Origin: Octopus sinensis
Taxonomy: Eukaryota
NCBI RefSeq assembly: GCF_006345805.1
Contig: NC_042999.1
Location: 114,328,001 to 114,392,000, forward strand
Direction of reading: 5' to 3'
DNA: 64,000 bases
Under the pieces are notes generated by a model. That model was not told the DNA's origin, did no database searches, and worked only from the letters and a program-made list of their open reading frames with translations. The position numbers and the translations under genes are program-made. This document shows positions 12,754 to 25,329 of the stretch, piece by piece; the stretch's first letter is position 1, and every line of letters begins with the position of its first letter.

Positions 12754-14140
12754 TAGACGTAAGAATCTCGAAAGAACGTTCCTGTAAAAATTTGGAATGT
12801 CGTCGGTTTAAATTTTTTAAGAGTGAGAATGTTATTCCACATGCACACAATATATGCTTCAGATTATATATCGAGATTCAATAAGAATGTGTAGAGAATA
12901 CTCTTACTGTGCTCTCTACATATATAATTTAGGTTTGATGATGCAAACAGGGAATTAGAATTCAAATCATGAGTGTACATATTTTTTATTAATAATCGGC
13001 AAAGGTTACAGAGTGACTCGAGGGACGAGGGTTTCATACAAATAGTTCGATGTGACAATGAGCGATACTCTTGGGCCTGGAGTCACTGCATATTTTTGCC
13101 GATATTAATAGTATAAATACAAACACACACACGTTTTTGTTTTTGTTGTATATCTTCGACCTTTACATATAAATATATTTTTGTGTAGACAATAAAAAAA
13201 AATACATGCACATAAATGTAAACATAATGTCTATTAGAACAGATATTTTCATTCAGTCGGTTATTTGACTTTCTCCTACAAATATGGCCTTTCGTACTTC
13301 TAAAAACGTAATGGTTTCTTAGGGTAGTTGTGATATGATTCGTGAATGTGAGTTGTTCTTGACAAGATATTTTTAAAACAATTCAGACGAGTTGTATAAA
13401 CAGGCTAGCTTTGTAAGAAATATCTCGATCGCAGAATATGCGAACACATTAACGAAAGTAAATAAGAGCGCATTGAATAACGAAAGTAGTTATATATTTC
13501 TTTTATTGGTAAAATTTCTAAATATCCAAATTATTAAAATATAGTTACAAATGCAAACAAAGCATATTTGTATAATTCAAATGCAAAAGAAATACGCAAA
13601 ATAAATAAAATAACTTTTTGACACCATGTCCTATTTACGATGTGGAATAACTTTTTGAAAGATTTAAATTTTTACCTTCAATATTTAGAAAATAATGAAT
13701 TATATTAATCGTAATAAAATATTTTTCTCTCGCTTTGCATATTTCCACGAAATAAGCAAAACAGACTTAATAGCAGTTACATATGTTGAAGTATATATTC
13801 TGTAGTCTTTATTTTGTATATATTGAGTTGTGCTTGAACTGAACATAACGAAAACACGAAAAATATAACCGCTGAATAAATACACAGTTGGTAATTACCT
13901 TCAGTTTTCACAGAAATAAGAAAACGAGAAAAACTATTTCACTAAGCTTTAATAGGAAATTTTAAAACGAAATATATTTATATCCTTTTTGTATATCTCC
14001 GGTCAGAATTTGAATGGAATGCATTGAGAAAATGTTCTTAGACGTAAGAATCTCGAAAGAACGTTCCTGTAAAAATTTGGAATGTCGTCGGTTTAAATTT
14101 TTCTAAGAGTGAGAATGTCATCTCACACGCACACTATATA
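12754..14140. repeat. Pair of ~80-100 bp direct repeats 1285 bp apart (12754-12855 and 14039-14140) in HAT1 intron 1
   Basis: tagacgtaagaatctcgaaagaacgttcctgtaaaaatttggaatgtcgtcggtttaaatttt is present at both sites. Confidence 0.9.
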
Positions 14141-15059
14141 TTATATTATTCTATACTTATATTTAAATAGCTGGTTATAATTTGAATTGAAAATATTGAG
14201 AACTGAAAGGAGTACAAGACAAAAACTTTCACTACTCTCGTTACTTTCAATATAGAAAGTGAAACAGTACTGTACAGGTATTCGACAATAGAGTCAACTG
14301 GAGTTGCCAATTTGTCTAGACTGTCCTTTATCATTATTATTGTCTATGAATTATCAAATACTAACTGGAGCCAAATTAATATGTTTATTCTTTAATGAAA
14401 AAAATATAAGGAAAAGAAAAAGACATATAACTAATATTTCAAACGAAGTAAGGAATACACAATGGTAGGATAATAAACAAAGACAAAACAAAGAAAAAGA
14501 ATTAACAGACAATCGACAAGTATTTTCTAGGGCATTTGGTTGGAAAAATGGAAAGTTTAGGGCTATTACTGACAATAAAGTACTATATGTGAGAATAAAG
14601 CAGAAAATCCCACCAAAACTCAGTAAATTGTAATCAAATATAAAAATGATAAAATACGCAAGTATCTCTTTGTATGGTTGGCTTGTCCACGTATAACATT
14701 AAACAGTATTAGAATTACACAAATGTTGGACGTATAAATTTAATATTATAAAAATAGCGTAGCTTTAATTATTGGCACACTTAATTAAAATTCTATTGAA
14801 CGATTATGGTCTAGAAATAAGTTCATGTTAAATACGTGGACATTGTCAATCTCTTTCATACAATAAAAACGAAAACGCTTCGAAGAAAAATCTGGTAAGT
14901 TCTGTAGCTCTAAATAAAGATCTTGCTAACAGATTGAGATCATTTACGTAAAGCATGAACATATTAGTGTTAATAAATGTATATACATAGATATCTCGTC
15001 GGTAATTTGACTGAAATTTAGATTTAAAAGCTACGACATGGAAATCTATAACCACTTAC

Positions 15060-15066
15060 CCGCCAT
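15060..15066 (-). CDS. HAT1: Histone acetyltransferase 1, coding part of exon 1 (ATG GCG G, then intron 1)
   Basis: Minus strand reads caaaATGGCGG|gtaagtgg with a strong donor. The phase-1 intron joins in frame to the exon at 4563-4486 to give MAGAPSGLM. Human HAT1 also begins MAG. Confidence 0.8.
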
Positions 15067-15140
15067 TTTGCATTCCCGCGGTACCAGATTTAAGTGAAAA
15101 AAGTAGCCTCGTTTTCAGTGGAAACGGCGGGCGACGAGAA
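15061..15140 (-). promoter_or_regulatory. HAT1 promoter/5' UTR with a YY1-type site (CGCCATTTT, 15061-15069, overlapping the ATG) and an E2F-type site (TTCCCGCG, 15073-15080)
   Basis: Local CpG-rich patch in very AT-rich DNA directly at exon 1. Motifs were read by eye and the TSS is not known. Confidence 0.55.
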
Positions 15141-15763
15141 TGAGCGTTATTGAGAGTTATTCCCCATCCACTGCAAATGAACGGGTTCTTTTGGAAATAG
15201 TTGACTGGGGGAATCACTCAGACTGGTTATGTAACTCGTTTTAATTACCACATGCTAAGACATTCCGGAAGAAGGAGGTGGTTGTGATTTCTTTTGCTTA
15301 AGAAAAAGGGATATTACCTCGACTATTTTAACTTAGATTAGAATTTTCTTGGCTAGAATAAATCTGAGTAAGGCAGGATAAAAGAAAGTGAAGTTTTCTG
15401 GAATAGGATAGTTTCATGTAATAGCATGAAAATTTGAATTGATAGAACTCAGAATTTAAATATAGAAGACATAACTTGGGATTTCTTTTGACAATACAAA
15501 TGATTTTGTTGAGAAAAGAGGTTAAGAACATGAAATAGAACAGAACAAAATATGGAACAGAATGTTATGGGTATTTGAATCAAGAGAATTCAGTAGTTCA
15601 TCATCATCATCATCATCATTCAACGTCCGTTTTCCATGCCGGTATGGGTTGGACGGTTTGACTGACAACTGGTAAACTGGCGAGTTGCACTGGGTTCCAA
15701 ACTAATTTGACATGGTTTCTTCAGCTGGATTCCTTTCCTAACACCGACCACTCCAAGAGTGTA

Positions 15764-16060
15764 GTGGAGGCACATGGCCTAGTGGTTAGAGCAGCGGACT
15801 CGTGGTCGAGGGATCATGGGTTCGAATCTCAGACCGAGCGATGTGTGTGTTTATGAGCAAAACACATAAGCTCCACGTGGCTCCAGCAGAAGGTAATGGC
15901 AAACTTCTGCTGACTCTTTCACCACAACTTTCTCTCACTCTTTCCTGCTGCTCACCTGCGATGGACCGGCATCCCATCCAGGTGGAGAACCTATACACCA
16001 AAGAAACTGGGAAACTGGCCCTTATGAGCCAGGCATGGCTTGAGGAGGTATAAACAAAAA
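15764..16060 (+). mobile_element. tRNA-derived SINE (second family; related copies near 29005-29490, 51190-51425 and 53385-53680)
   Basis: Pol III A box TGGCCTAGTGG and B box GGTTCGAATCTC in a tRNA-like head, followed by a repeated body. Confidence 0.75.
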
Positions 16061-17099
16061 ACATGCTATGGGTGTCAGTTATATGACATTGGCATCAGTG
16101 ATGACTACAATTTCACTTGGTTTGCTGGGTCTTCTCAAGCACAGAATTTCACCAAAGGTCTGTCACTAAATATAAAAAACATTACTTGGGTTTTTTTTAC
16201 TATACAAATCATTTTGCTGGGAAGAAGGGAATAGAATATAAAATAGAATAGAATCGAATATGGGACAGAATACAAAAGTATGGGAGAAAATGTTTCTAAA
16301 GGTTTAGTTAGAAGAGGAAAAGCTGAGACAATAAATTTGTTGCAGAGCTTCAGAGACTGGCAGGGAGGGTGAGGAAGGAACTATCTAGAGATCTCCAATG
16401 AATGCTTGCAACAAAGTAGAATCTGTCAAAAATATCTAAGGACTGGTTAGTAATATTAAAATGGGTTACAGATTGGTTGGATGAAATAAAATCGTATAGA
16501 CTGTAGATTGTTGTTGTCATTTAACCACTGGTCAGTTCTGACAGAGCAGACTTATGAGCATAAACGCTAAAGTCATAATCTTCGCTTCTTTAGTTTAATC
16601 ATAGTTAAAAGTTCCCTTTTTTAGTTGTGTGTAATTTGAATAAGAATCAAAAGATATTTTTAGCAGGTCTTACAACTTCTTAGTAATTGGATACAATATG
16701 AATTAAAAGATGATAATAAAAAGTTTATTGTACACAGTGCTAATGCAGAAAATTTACTTGTTTCTTCAGACACAAAAAGGCCATTCTAGATAGGTGGGAC
16801 GGTAAGCTATGAGATTCTGTAGTAACTCTATTTGTCAGTGTATTACTCTAATAACTGGATAGTGAAGGCAGCAAGCTAGCAGAATTGTTAGCCCATTGGA
16901 CAAAATGCTTAGTCACATTTTCATCCATCTTTATGTTCTGAGTTCAAATTCCTCTGTGGCCTCTCAACTGAGAGGAAAGGGTATTGCTGAAGGAAGTGAC
17001 TTTGTGCTGGTATCGAGAGGTTAAACTATGATAGAGGAACAGAAACATGTGTATCTTGCTGTAGAAGTGAAACATGGCTGGCTGAGTTGGAGTCTGGGG

Positions 17100-17188
<89 letters not shown>

Positions 17189-17472
17189 GGTTGTGAAGAT
17201 GTACCAGGACATTTCCTCGAAGTGAAGAGAGGTGGATGTAAGTGGAGTGGTACAGAGGAATGGACAGGGTGTGTGAGTAGAGAGTTCATAAAAGTGCAAA
17301 TGCAGAGAGGTGCACCTGAGCACTGTATACAATAATTTCATTATTATTATTATTATATGTGTTAAGAAGTTTGCTTTCCAACCACATGGTTCCGGGTTCA
17401 GTCCCACTGCATGGCACCTTCATGTGCAATCATATACATGCATATACATACATATACATGTATGTATGTATG

Positions 17473-17503
<31 letters not shown>

Positions 17504-17969
17504 GTATGTATGTATGCATGTATGTAGGTGTGTATGCATGTATGTCAGCCTTGTCACATCCTGCATCATGCTGAATCTCCCCGAGAGAGAACTATGTTAA
17601 GGGTATGTGTGTCTGCAGAGAGCTCAACCACTTGCACGTTAATTTCACGAGTGACTCTTCCATTGATGGGATCAACTACAACACTCATTGTTATAACCAA
17701 CAGAATGCCAATCATGCATGTATGTGTTTAACAGAACAAACCATAAACAGGCAGACAACAGTATCAAGTCAGATTATGACATATTTATACTTATACAACA
17801 TATCTCTACTTGATTGTCTCATACATGTTGAATAAGTATGAATATGTCATAATTTGACTTGATACCGGCTTGATTGGTTCATTGCTTATAGTCAGTCTTC
17901 AATTAGGCAGCTTTTACACTCCTGCATTGAAAGCTTGAGTTTAGGTACAAATTTCACTTGAGAACTAAT

Positions 17970-18025
<56 letters not shown>

Positions 18026-18029
<4 letters not shown>

Positions 18030-18842
18030 ACAGATGATATTAATTAGCAAACAATAATATGAGATGTTGGCGTTGTACTCAGTTTGTAAGGATTGGTTCT
18101 TCGTTGATTGCCATTATGTAAAGATGAGAGAACAGTGATTGAAGTTGTGAAGAAAATATTTATCTTTACCGCTACATCGTATATACCTTACCTCGATGGG
18201 CAGGTGATGAAATTGTAGAGCATGTGAAGTAAAGTTAGATGTCATAGATTTTCCTTGTATAGGTTTGTGTACATGAATTCTTTGTAGTAATCCACAGATA
18301 GTGATAGAATGATGTTGTAAGAGAACAGAACTAGAGCTGGTGAAAGTTGTAGGGTTGTGGGAAAATGTCTCAGTTGCTGACAGTAAATTTAATTTCTCCT
18401 TCTAACTATTGTCTTTAGCTGCCTTGCTTGTGATCGTGATTCTAGCATTCAGCTCCCTAACTGATGGTAGCTGTCTCTGACTCAAGTTATCATTCATTAA
18501 CTAACTGATTGAGTTATCATGAGCCGACTGAGTTGTCACCAAGTGACTAACTGATTTTTGTTTAGGGGTTCTTGTTTTTATAACTACCCAGAAGGATAGA
18601 CATATCGTTGAGAACAATGGACTTAGTTGATGGTCTTAATTCTAGCTTTTGGTGGTCTAGGAGAGGTTAGAAAGGTCAAGTGGTGAAGACATTATTTTGG
18701 CCTGGCTAAGGTAATCTGGCAAATGTAAAACTGCTGTCACAGAAAAACCATTGTTCCACTGTGAGAAAAGTTCAGTTGAAGTGTTAATTTAAATTTGGCT
18801 ATGGTGGATCGAATCCACCTCATGCCTGCAAGATCCACTACA
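18026..18842 (-). mobile_element. Probable solo LTR (817 bp)
   Basis: TGTA...TACA termini between a (TA)n and a (CA)n tract, with a minus-strand TATAAAA near 18576-18582. The TSD is obscured by the microsatellites. Confidence 0.45.
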
Positions 18843-19052
18843 CACACACGCGCGCACACGCACACACACACACACACACACACATACATATATATACGAC
18901 GGGCTTCTTTCAGTTTCCGTCTACCAAATCCACTAATATGGCTTTGGCCGGTTTGAGGCTATAGTAGAAGGCACTTGCCAAAGTTGACACGAAGTGGGAC
19001 TGAACCCAGGACAATGTGGTTGGGAAGTAAGCTTTTTACCACAGAATCGCTC

Positions 19053-19089
<37 letters not shown>

Positions 19090-19094
<5 letters not shown>

Positions 19095-19278
19095 CCCTCG
19101 CCATATCGCGGTTCACCTATCGTGCACTCATTCTGGCTAATATATGTAAATTTATTTCGGAGACTCCTCAGTATATTGCGGGTTTCTGCGGCCGATAAGT
19201 ATTTATATTTTTCTAGATTTTGATTATTTCTGTGAGAGGTTTTGGAACGTAACACCTGCGATAGTCTAAGGATTACTG
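19090..19278. mobile_element. pogo/Tigger-like MITE
   Basis: Imperfect IR atccctcgccatatcgcgg / ctgcgatagtctaaggattactg, followed by TA. Confidence 0.45.
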
Positions 19279-19403
19279 TATATACATACATACAACATAC
19301 ATACATACCTACCTACCTACCTACCTACCTACCTACATACATACATACATACATACCTACCTACCTACCTACCTACCTACCTACATACATACATACATAC
19401 ATG

Positions 19404-19450
<47 letters not shown>

Positions 19451-19978
19451 CCTTTGTTTCCTTCTTTGTTTAAGACAGACCGAAGTGACACAATGAACTA
19501 ATAAAGCAATCCTTTCTTCTCTTTCATTCCCTTAGGGTCTTGTTTCATGAAAATTGAAAAAAGTTAAAAGTTGCATTTCATACTCGTTAATTTTGTACTT
19601 GCAAAAGTTACCTCCCCTGAATACAGATCGCACGATCTCTTTCTCTTTCATTCTCTCTTTCACCCATTCTCAACCCCACCGTCTCTCTTTTGCATACTTA
19701 TATATTCCGCCCTCTCCCCAGTTGTTCTATCAACTGTGAACAAAGATATTGAATTAGTATGCCAAATGACTGCATATTCAAAAGTTTGACAAGTAATAAG
19801 GACGGCCATTTGAGTTATAAATCCAATCCATCTAGCGGGTATCCAAACAGCTTCTGGGTATCCATTTGTACAAACAAGGGCATGGTTAAGGCACTTGGTG
19901 AAGGTGCTTCATAATTGCAAGGCGAACTTGCAATCACTCAACCATACAATACGCGCGCGCAAACAACACACACATACA

Positions 19979-20014
<36 letters not shown>

Positions 20015-20016
<2 letters not shown>

Positions 20017-20408
20017 TCTTTTACTCTTTTACTTGTTTCAGTCATTTGACTGCGGCCATGCTGGAGCACCGCCTTTAGTCGAGCAAATCGACCCCAGGAC
20101 TTATTCTTTGTAAGCCCAGTACTTATTCTATCGGTCTCTTTTGCCGAACCGCTAGGTGACGGGGACATAAACACACCAGTATCGGTTGTCAAGCAATGCT
20201 AGGGGTACAAACACAAACATACATGCACACACATATATACATATATACGACGGGCTTCTTTCAGTTTCTGTCTACCAAATCCACTCACAACGCTTTGGTC
20301 GGCCCGAGGTTATAGTAGAAGACACTTGCCCAAGGTGCCATGCAGTGGGACTGAACTCGGAACCATGTGATTGGTAAACAAGCTACTTACCACACAGCCA
20401 CTCCAGCG

Positions 20409-20410
<2 letters not shown>
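20015..20410 (-). mobile_element. Full-length CORE-like tRNA SINE
   Basis: Reverse complement of the family seen at 9105 and 21119: ggcgctggagtggctgtgtggtaag head to a (gagtaaaa)n tail. Confidence 0.85.
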
Positions 20411-20476
<66 letters not shown>

Positions 20477-20687
20477 GAGTGTGTGTATTATGTATATATA
20501 TATATTCTTAAATATACACACTCATATGTATACAAACATACATAGGCGTGCAAGAAGCTTGCTTCCCAACCACATGATTCCGGGATCAGTCTCACAGCGT
20601 GATACCTTTGGCAAGTCTCTTCTACTATAGCCTCAAGTCATAGTATGTATGTATGTATGTATGTGTGTGAGTGTGTGTGTGTATGTG

Positions 20688-20739
<52 letters not shown>

Positions 20740-21044
20740 CTTGTCCCCCAAACTATCACTTGACAACAGATGTTGGTGTGTTTACATCACCGCAACTTAG
20801 CTGTTCAGTAAAAGAGACCGATAGAATGAGTACTAGGCTTACAAATAATAAGTTCTGGGATTGGTTTGTTCGACTAAATCCGGTGCTCCATCATGGCCGC
20901 AGTCAAATGACTGAAACAATAAAAGTAAGTAAAAGTAGTATATAAATACATACATACATACATACACATACACACACACACACACATATATATGCATACA
21001 TAAATACATACATACATATTTATATATATCGTGAAGTATATATG

Positions 21045-21118
<74 letters not shown>

Positions 21119-21121
<3 letters not shown>

Positions 21122-21488
21122 TGCAGGAGTGGCTGTGTGGTAAGTAGTTTGGTTCCGGGTTCAGTCCCACTGCGTGGTACCTTGGGCAAGTGTTTTCTAC
21201 TATAGCCTCGGGCCGACCAACGCCTTGTGAGTGGATTTGGTAGACGGAAACTGAAAGAAGTCCGTCGTATATTTGTATATATATATATATATGCGTGTGT
21301 GTTTGTCCCCCTAGCATTGCTTGACAACCGATGCTGGTGTGTTTATGTCCCCGTTACTTAGCGGTTCGGCAAAAGAGACCGATAGAATAAGTACTGGGCT
21401 TACAAAATAATAAGTCCCGAGTTACTCGATTAAAGGCGGTGCTCCAGCATGGCCACAGTCAAATGACTGAAACAAGTAAAAGAGTAAA

Positions 21489-21492
<4 letters not shown>
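21119..21492 (+). mobile_element. Full-length CORE-like tRNA SINE (many more copies across the window, e.g. 11080-11430, 55265-55670, 57790-59650)
   Basis: Head ggtgcaggagtggctgtgtggtaag, CORE-like ccttgggcaagtg, internal (TA)n and tail agagtaaaag. Confidence 0.85.
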
Positions 21493-21537
<45 letters not shown>

Positions 21538-21541
<4 letters not shown>

Positions 21542-21894
21542 CAGTATCGCCCGGCGTTGCTCGGGTTTGTAAGGGAAATAACTATATAAGCATTTTTAGA
21601 GAGTTATAGCCAAAATATGCATTAAAAATGGAAAAAAATGATGGTAAATTTTTTAAAAATCGTTAACTCATCGTAGACATTTTTAGAGAGTTACTTCCCT
21701 TATATAATAGCGAAAAAATGCCTTAAAATCGTAGACTCATCGTAGACGCGCGCTAATACCCAGAAGGGCTCGATATGAATCACGACTATAAGATACCCGG
21801 TTTTGGTTAAACTGCACCGCAAAATGTGGGAGTAGTTAGGAATCTAAATCGTAGGAGACAGACACTCACACAACTTCACTTTTATATATATAGA
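21538..21894 (-). mobile_element. Non-autonomous Helitron (357 bp)
   Basis: Minus strand begins A|TC and ends with the hairpin CCCGAGCAACGCCGGG, then CTAA|T (CTRR). This is an A^T insertion with no TSD. Confidence 0.8.
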
Positions 21895-22149
21895 TATATA
21901 TATCGTGAAGATAGATAGACTGACAGACAGAAAGATAGATAGATGGAGGGATACACACACACTTAAACATACAAAAGTCTGGTGCTGTGGGAATACATGC
22001 GAATAACGTTTCCTTGCTTTTTCAAATATACCTAAATTTAAAATGATTTAATATAACGATATCATTCATTCAGCATGTGTTGAAACACGCCAAAACAATT
22101 TAATTCCACACAAATATATGTTACTTTACAAACTTGCTATAAAGCATAT

Positions 22150-22860
22150 TTTGGTTTAAAGTAGTATCTCCTTGTAGACACAATTGTCAGCAATCATACT
22201 GTTCCCATTTCCCTCAGCCAATATTTTTGCATTAGCCTTCTTTTGAACTCTAGATAATGCAACATACAGATGACCATGCGAGAAGAATTGTGTCGGAAGA
22301 TATATTCCAATTTGTTTTAAAAGTCTGTCCCTGTACCTTGTTGCACGTCAAGGCAAAAGTTGGCTTGACAGGAAATTGTTTGCGTGTAAATGTAAATGGA
22401 AATTCCATTTCTTGAGATACATGTGGTATTCTTGGGATTAGCAGAGTTGACCCTGCATAAGGACCAGAAGTAACCTCAGCTCCAATAACATGATCATGTA
22501 AACTGAATGATGTAGCGTGTGCCATTTCAATGTCCATTTAGTAGCGTCTAAATTTCTCAGAAGCATTATGCATCGTTTTTTCTTCTGTTTGAGAATGCGT
22601 GGTGGAAACCCTGATGGTGTAAGTTTGTTGATGAACTCGATTGGAGACAGAGTTTTATTATCAACTGTATCTGAGCTTCTGTATATTTTTTTTAGCTCAC
22701 CAGGGAACCTCGTCAACAGAAAATCATTCGCAAATTGTGCAGCTTCACTTATTGGAGTTACGAATGTTCTATTTGCAAGCCACACAGGGTTTGTGAAGTT
22801 ATTTTTGAGGTTAGCATATACAAAATCACATAGATCTGAAGTGTTGCATCAACGATTTGT
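22150..22860 (-). pseudogene. Helitron Rep-Hel Pif1-family helicase C-terminal fragment (frameshifted)
   Basis: EFINKLTPSGFPP..L.....IMLLRNLD, IPRI..., RKQFPVKPTFALTCNKVQGQT and FSHGHLYVALSRV are Pif1/Helitron helicase motifs. Confidence 0.9.
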
Positions 22861-23051
22861 GATCTGACAAGATTATATTGAAGTAGAATATTCTCCTCTC
22901 GAGATACCCTAACCAGTCGGTCATGTGTAGCGGAAACAGTATATTGTCTACGTCGCTTTGGTCTGGTTTCATCTGATTCAGTTGCCCGTCTCTCTCTGCC
23001 GTTGTGGTTTTGCTGCTAAATTTTCTTTTTCTGTCGCTTATTATATATAAA

Positions 23052-23462
23052 TGAAAGCTCGTTAAAAACTATCTTGCTTAGCGTGCTAGAAACAGTAGCG
23101 ATCATATAGTTATTATTGTAAGATTTCTAGCATTCCCAAGTAGCCATACCAACAAAATCACTTCTTCATTAAAAAAAAAAAAAAAAAAAAAAAGAAAGTT
23201 ATACCGATATATTAAAGAATTTTCATCTTATCAAAAATATCTATTTAACAAACTCCGGAAAAATCGTACAAGTGAAAACTCGTTAAAAACTATCTTGTTT
23301 AGCGTGCTAGAAATAGCAGCGATCACATAGTTATTATTGTAAGGCTTATAGCGTTCCAAATACCAACAAAATCACTTCTTCATTAAGAAAAAGAAAAAAT
23401 CGTACTGGTATTTTGAAGAATTTTCATTCTATCAAAAATATTCATTTAACAAACACCAGAAA
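23052..23462. repeat. Tandem duplication of a ~200-220 bp unit
   Basis: ctcgttaaaaactatcttg.ttagcgtgctagaaa...accaacaaaatcacttcttcatta occurs at about 23058 and 23279. Confidence 0.8.
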
Positions 23463-23486
23463 CTGATAATATTCTTGAAATATAAA

Positions 23487-23882
23487 GGCGGCGAGTTGGC
23501 AGAAACGTTAGCACGCCGGGCGAAATGCTTAGCAGTGTTTCGTCTGCCGTTACGTTCTGAGTTCAAATTCCGTCGAGGTCGACTTTGCCTTTCATCCTTT
23601 CGGGGTCGATTAAATAAGTACCAGTTACGCACTGAGGTCGATATAATCGACTTAATCTGTTTGTCTGTCCTTGTTTGTTCCTTCTGTGTTTAGCTCCTTG
23701 TGGGTAGTAAAGAAGGTATTTCGTCTGTCTTTATGTTCTGAGTTCAAATTCCGCCGAGGTCGACTTTGCCTTTCATCCTTTCGGAGGTCAACAAATTAAG
23801 TACCAGTTGCGTACTGGAGTCGATCTAATCGACTGGTCACCTCCCCAGAAATTTTGGGCCTTGTGCCTAGAGTAGAAAAGAA
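23487..23882 (+). mobile_element. SINE of a third family, with an internally duplicated central domain (other copies at about 4720-4930, 8835-9045, 29538-29745, 30062-30275, 45555-45745 and 56135-56385)
   Basis: ggcggcgagttggcagaaacgttag head, B-box-like gagttcaaattcc, and the conserved gtcgactttgcctttcatcctttcggggtcgat..aagtaccag (resembles the Meta/MESC SINE domain). Confidence 0.75.
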
Positions 23883-24619
23883 TATAAAAATATCAGATTC
23901 AGTAAGTTGTTTAATTTTTTCAATTTTCATGTTTATTAATTATTCCGCTTTCATGTTTATCTTTTCAGTTTTGTATGATTTGCTATAAAAATATAATCAG
24001 ATTCAAAACGATGTTTCATCTTTTCAATTTTTATGTTTATTAATTTTTTTCATTTTTGTTTTTGTTTTATTGCGGGTTAAACAATATTTTAGGTGACAAG
24101 AGATAACTAAAAGTACCGATATTTCTCGTAAAACGTGAGGAGATAACCCAATTTTTAATGGGGGTGAAATAATCAAAAAGTACCGTGTCTCGTATCAAAG
24201 TTATATAGCTATTATTAAATTATCATTAATAAAAATAGAGGCGAACGAGAATGAGAGACTGTTGTAAGTAAAAACATAAAATGTTGCCTGCAGCGAAGTA
24301 ATGGTGTTTATTATTAAACATTAAAATCTACTCTGCAGTGAATGCAATAAATATTTAAATTCATGAAGAATTCAACGCACTGAATGCAACGAATATTTAA
24401 ATTTGCGAGAATTTGGAGATAAAAAAATTCAATAAAGTCCAGAAATCGAGATTATAAGAAATTTCTTAGAACATGAATTTATAAAAATATTTCCCGACGG
24501 TCAAGCTTTTAACATTGCTTTCTTTTAGTACTTTTAGTAATTGTTATATACCTAATTAATAAGCAGCTTTTCCCATTATAGTATACATACATACATACAT
24601 ACATACATACATACATACA

Positions 24620-24694
<75 letters not shown>

Positions 24695-24875
24695 ATAAAT
24701 ATTAGGGAATAAATCCAAATTTACAGGGAAAAATCAGATTTAGGATTGAATCCAATTTTATAGTAAAATATTATATTATATTAAATTAGAGACAAAACCA
24801 CTATTATGCAAATCAAACAAAGAAAGACTTAAGCCAATACATAAAATAATTTATATAATTAAATTTAATTAAAAT

Positions 24876-24929
24876 AACCACTACGATCGTTTCGTGTCAG
24901 CACTTCTATGAGACATTCTTCAGGTGGTT
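24876..24929 (-). ncRNA. Minimal type I hammerhead ribozyme motif (mirror copy)
   Basis: Reverse-complement copy of 24989-25042; here stem II is tgtc/gaca. Confidence 0.7.
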
Positions 24930-24988
24930 TCAAAACCTTCTTTGCAAGTTTTAAGTTCATAGTTTAAAACTTGCAAAGAAGGTTTTGA

Positions 24989-25042
24989 AACCACCTGAAG
25001 AATGTTTCATAGAAGTGCTGACACGAAACGATCGTAGTGGTT
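24989..25042 (+). ncRNA. Minimal type I hammerhead ribozyme motif
   Basis: Stem I aaccac/gtggtt, core CTGAAGA, stem II tgtt/gaca, GAAA, short stem III with self-complementary CGATCG, cleavage triplet GTA. Confidence 0.7.
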
Positions 25043-25141
25043 ATTTTAATTAAATTTAATTATATAAATTATTTTATGTATTGGCTTAAGTCTTTCTTTG
25101 TTTGATTTGCATAATAGTGGTTTTGTCTCTAATTTAATATA

Positions 25142-25189
<48 letters not shown>

Positions 25190-25329
25190 GTAAATAATAC
25201 ACACACACACACTTGCATATATGAGTACAGGACGTCATCAACAGTTCAAGCAACATGAAATACGTAAACAACAACAAAAAAATGGAAAAAAGACAAGCAA
25301 ACACTTGTCAGCTGCAGTCAATTCCAACA

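Larger units (their letters stand above)
24768..25150. repeat. Near-perfect palindrome, 187-bp arms and 9-nt loop, flanked by (TA)n
   Basis: 24768-24954 is the reverse complement of 24964-25150; I saw one mismatch. Confidence 0.95.

Noticed and set aside
15770-15840. tRNA gene candidates at SINE heads (also 29010, 34075-34144, 51195 and 53390)
   Set aside because: They have A/B boxes but no complete cloverleaf or terminator, and they continue into SINE bodies.
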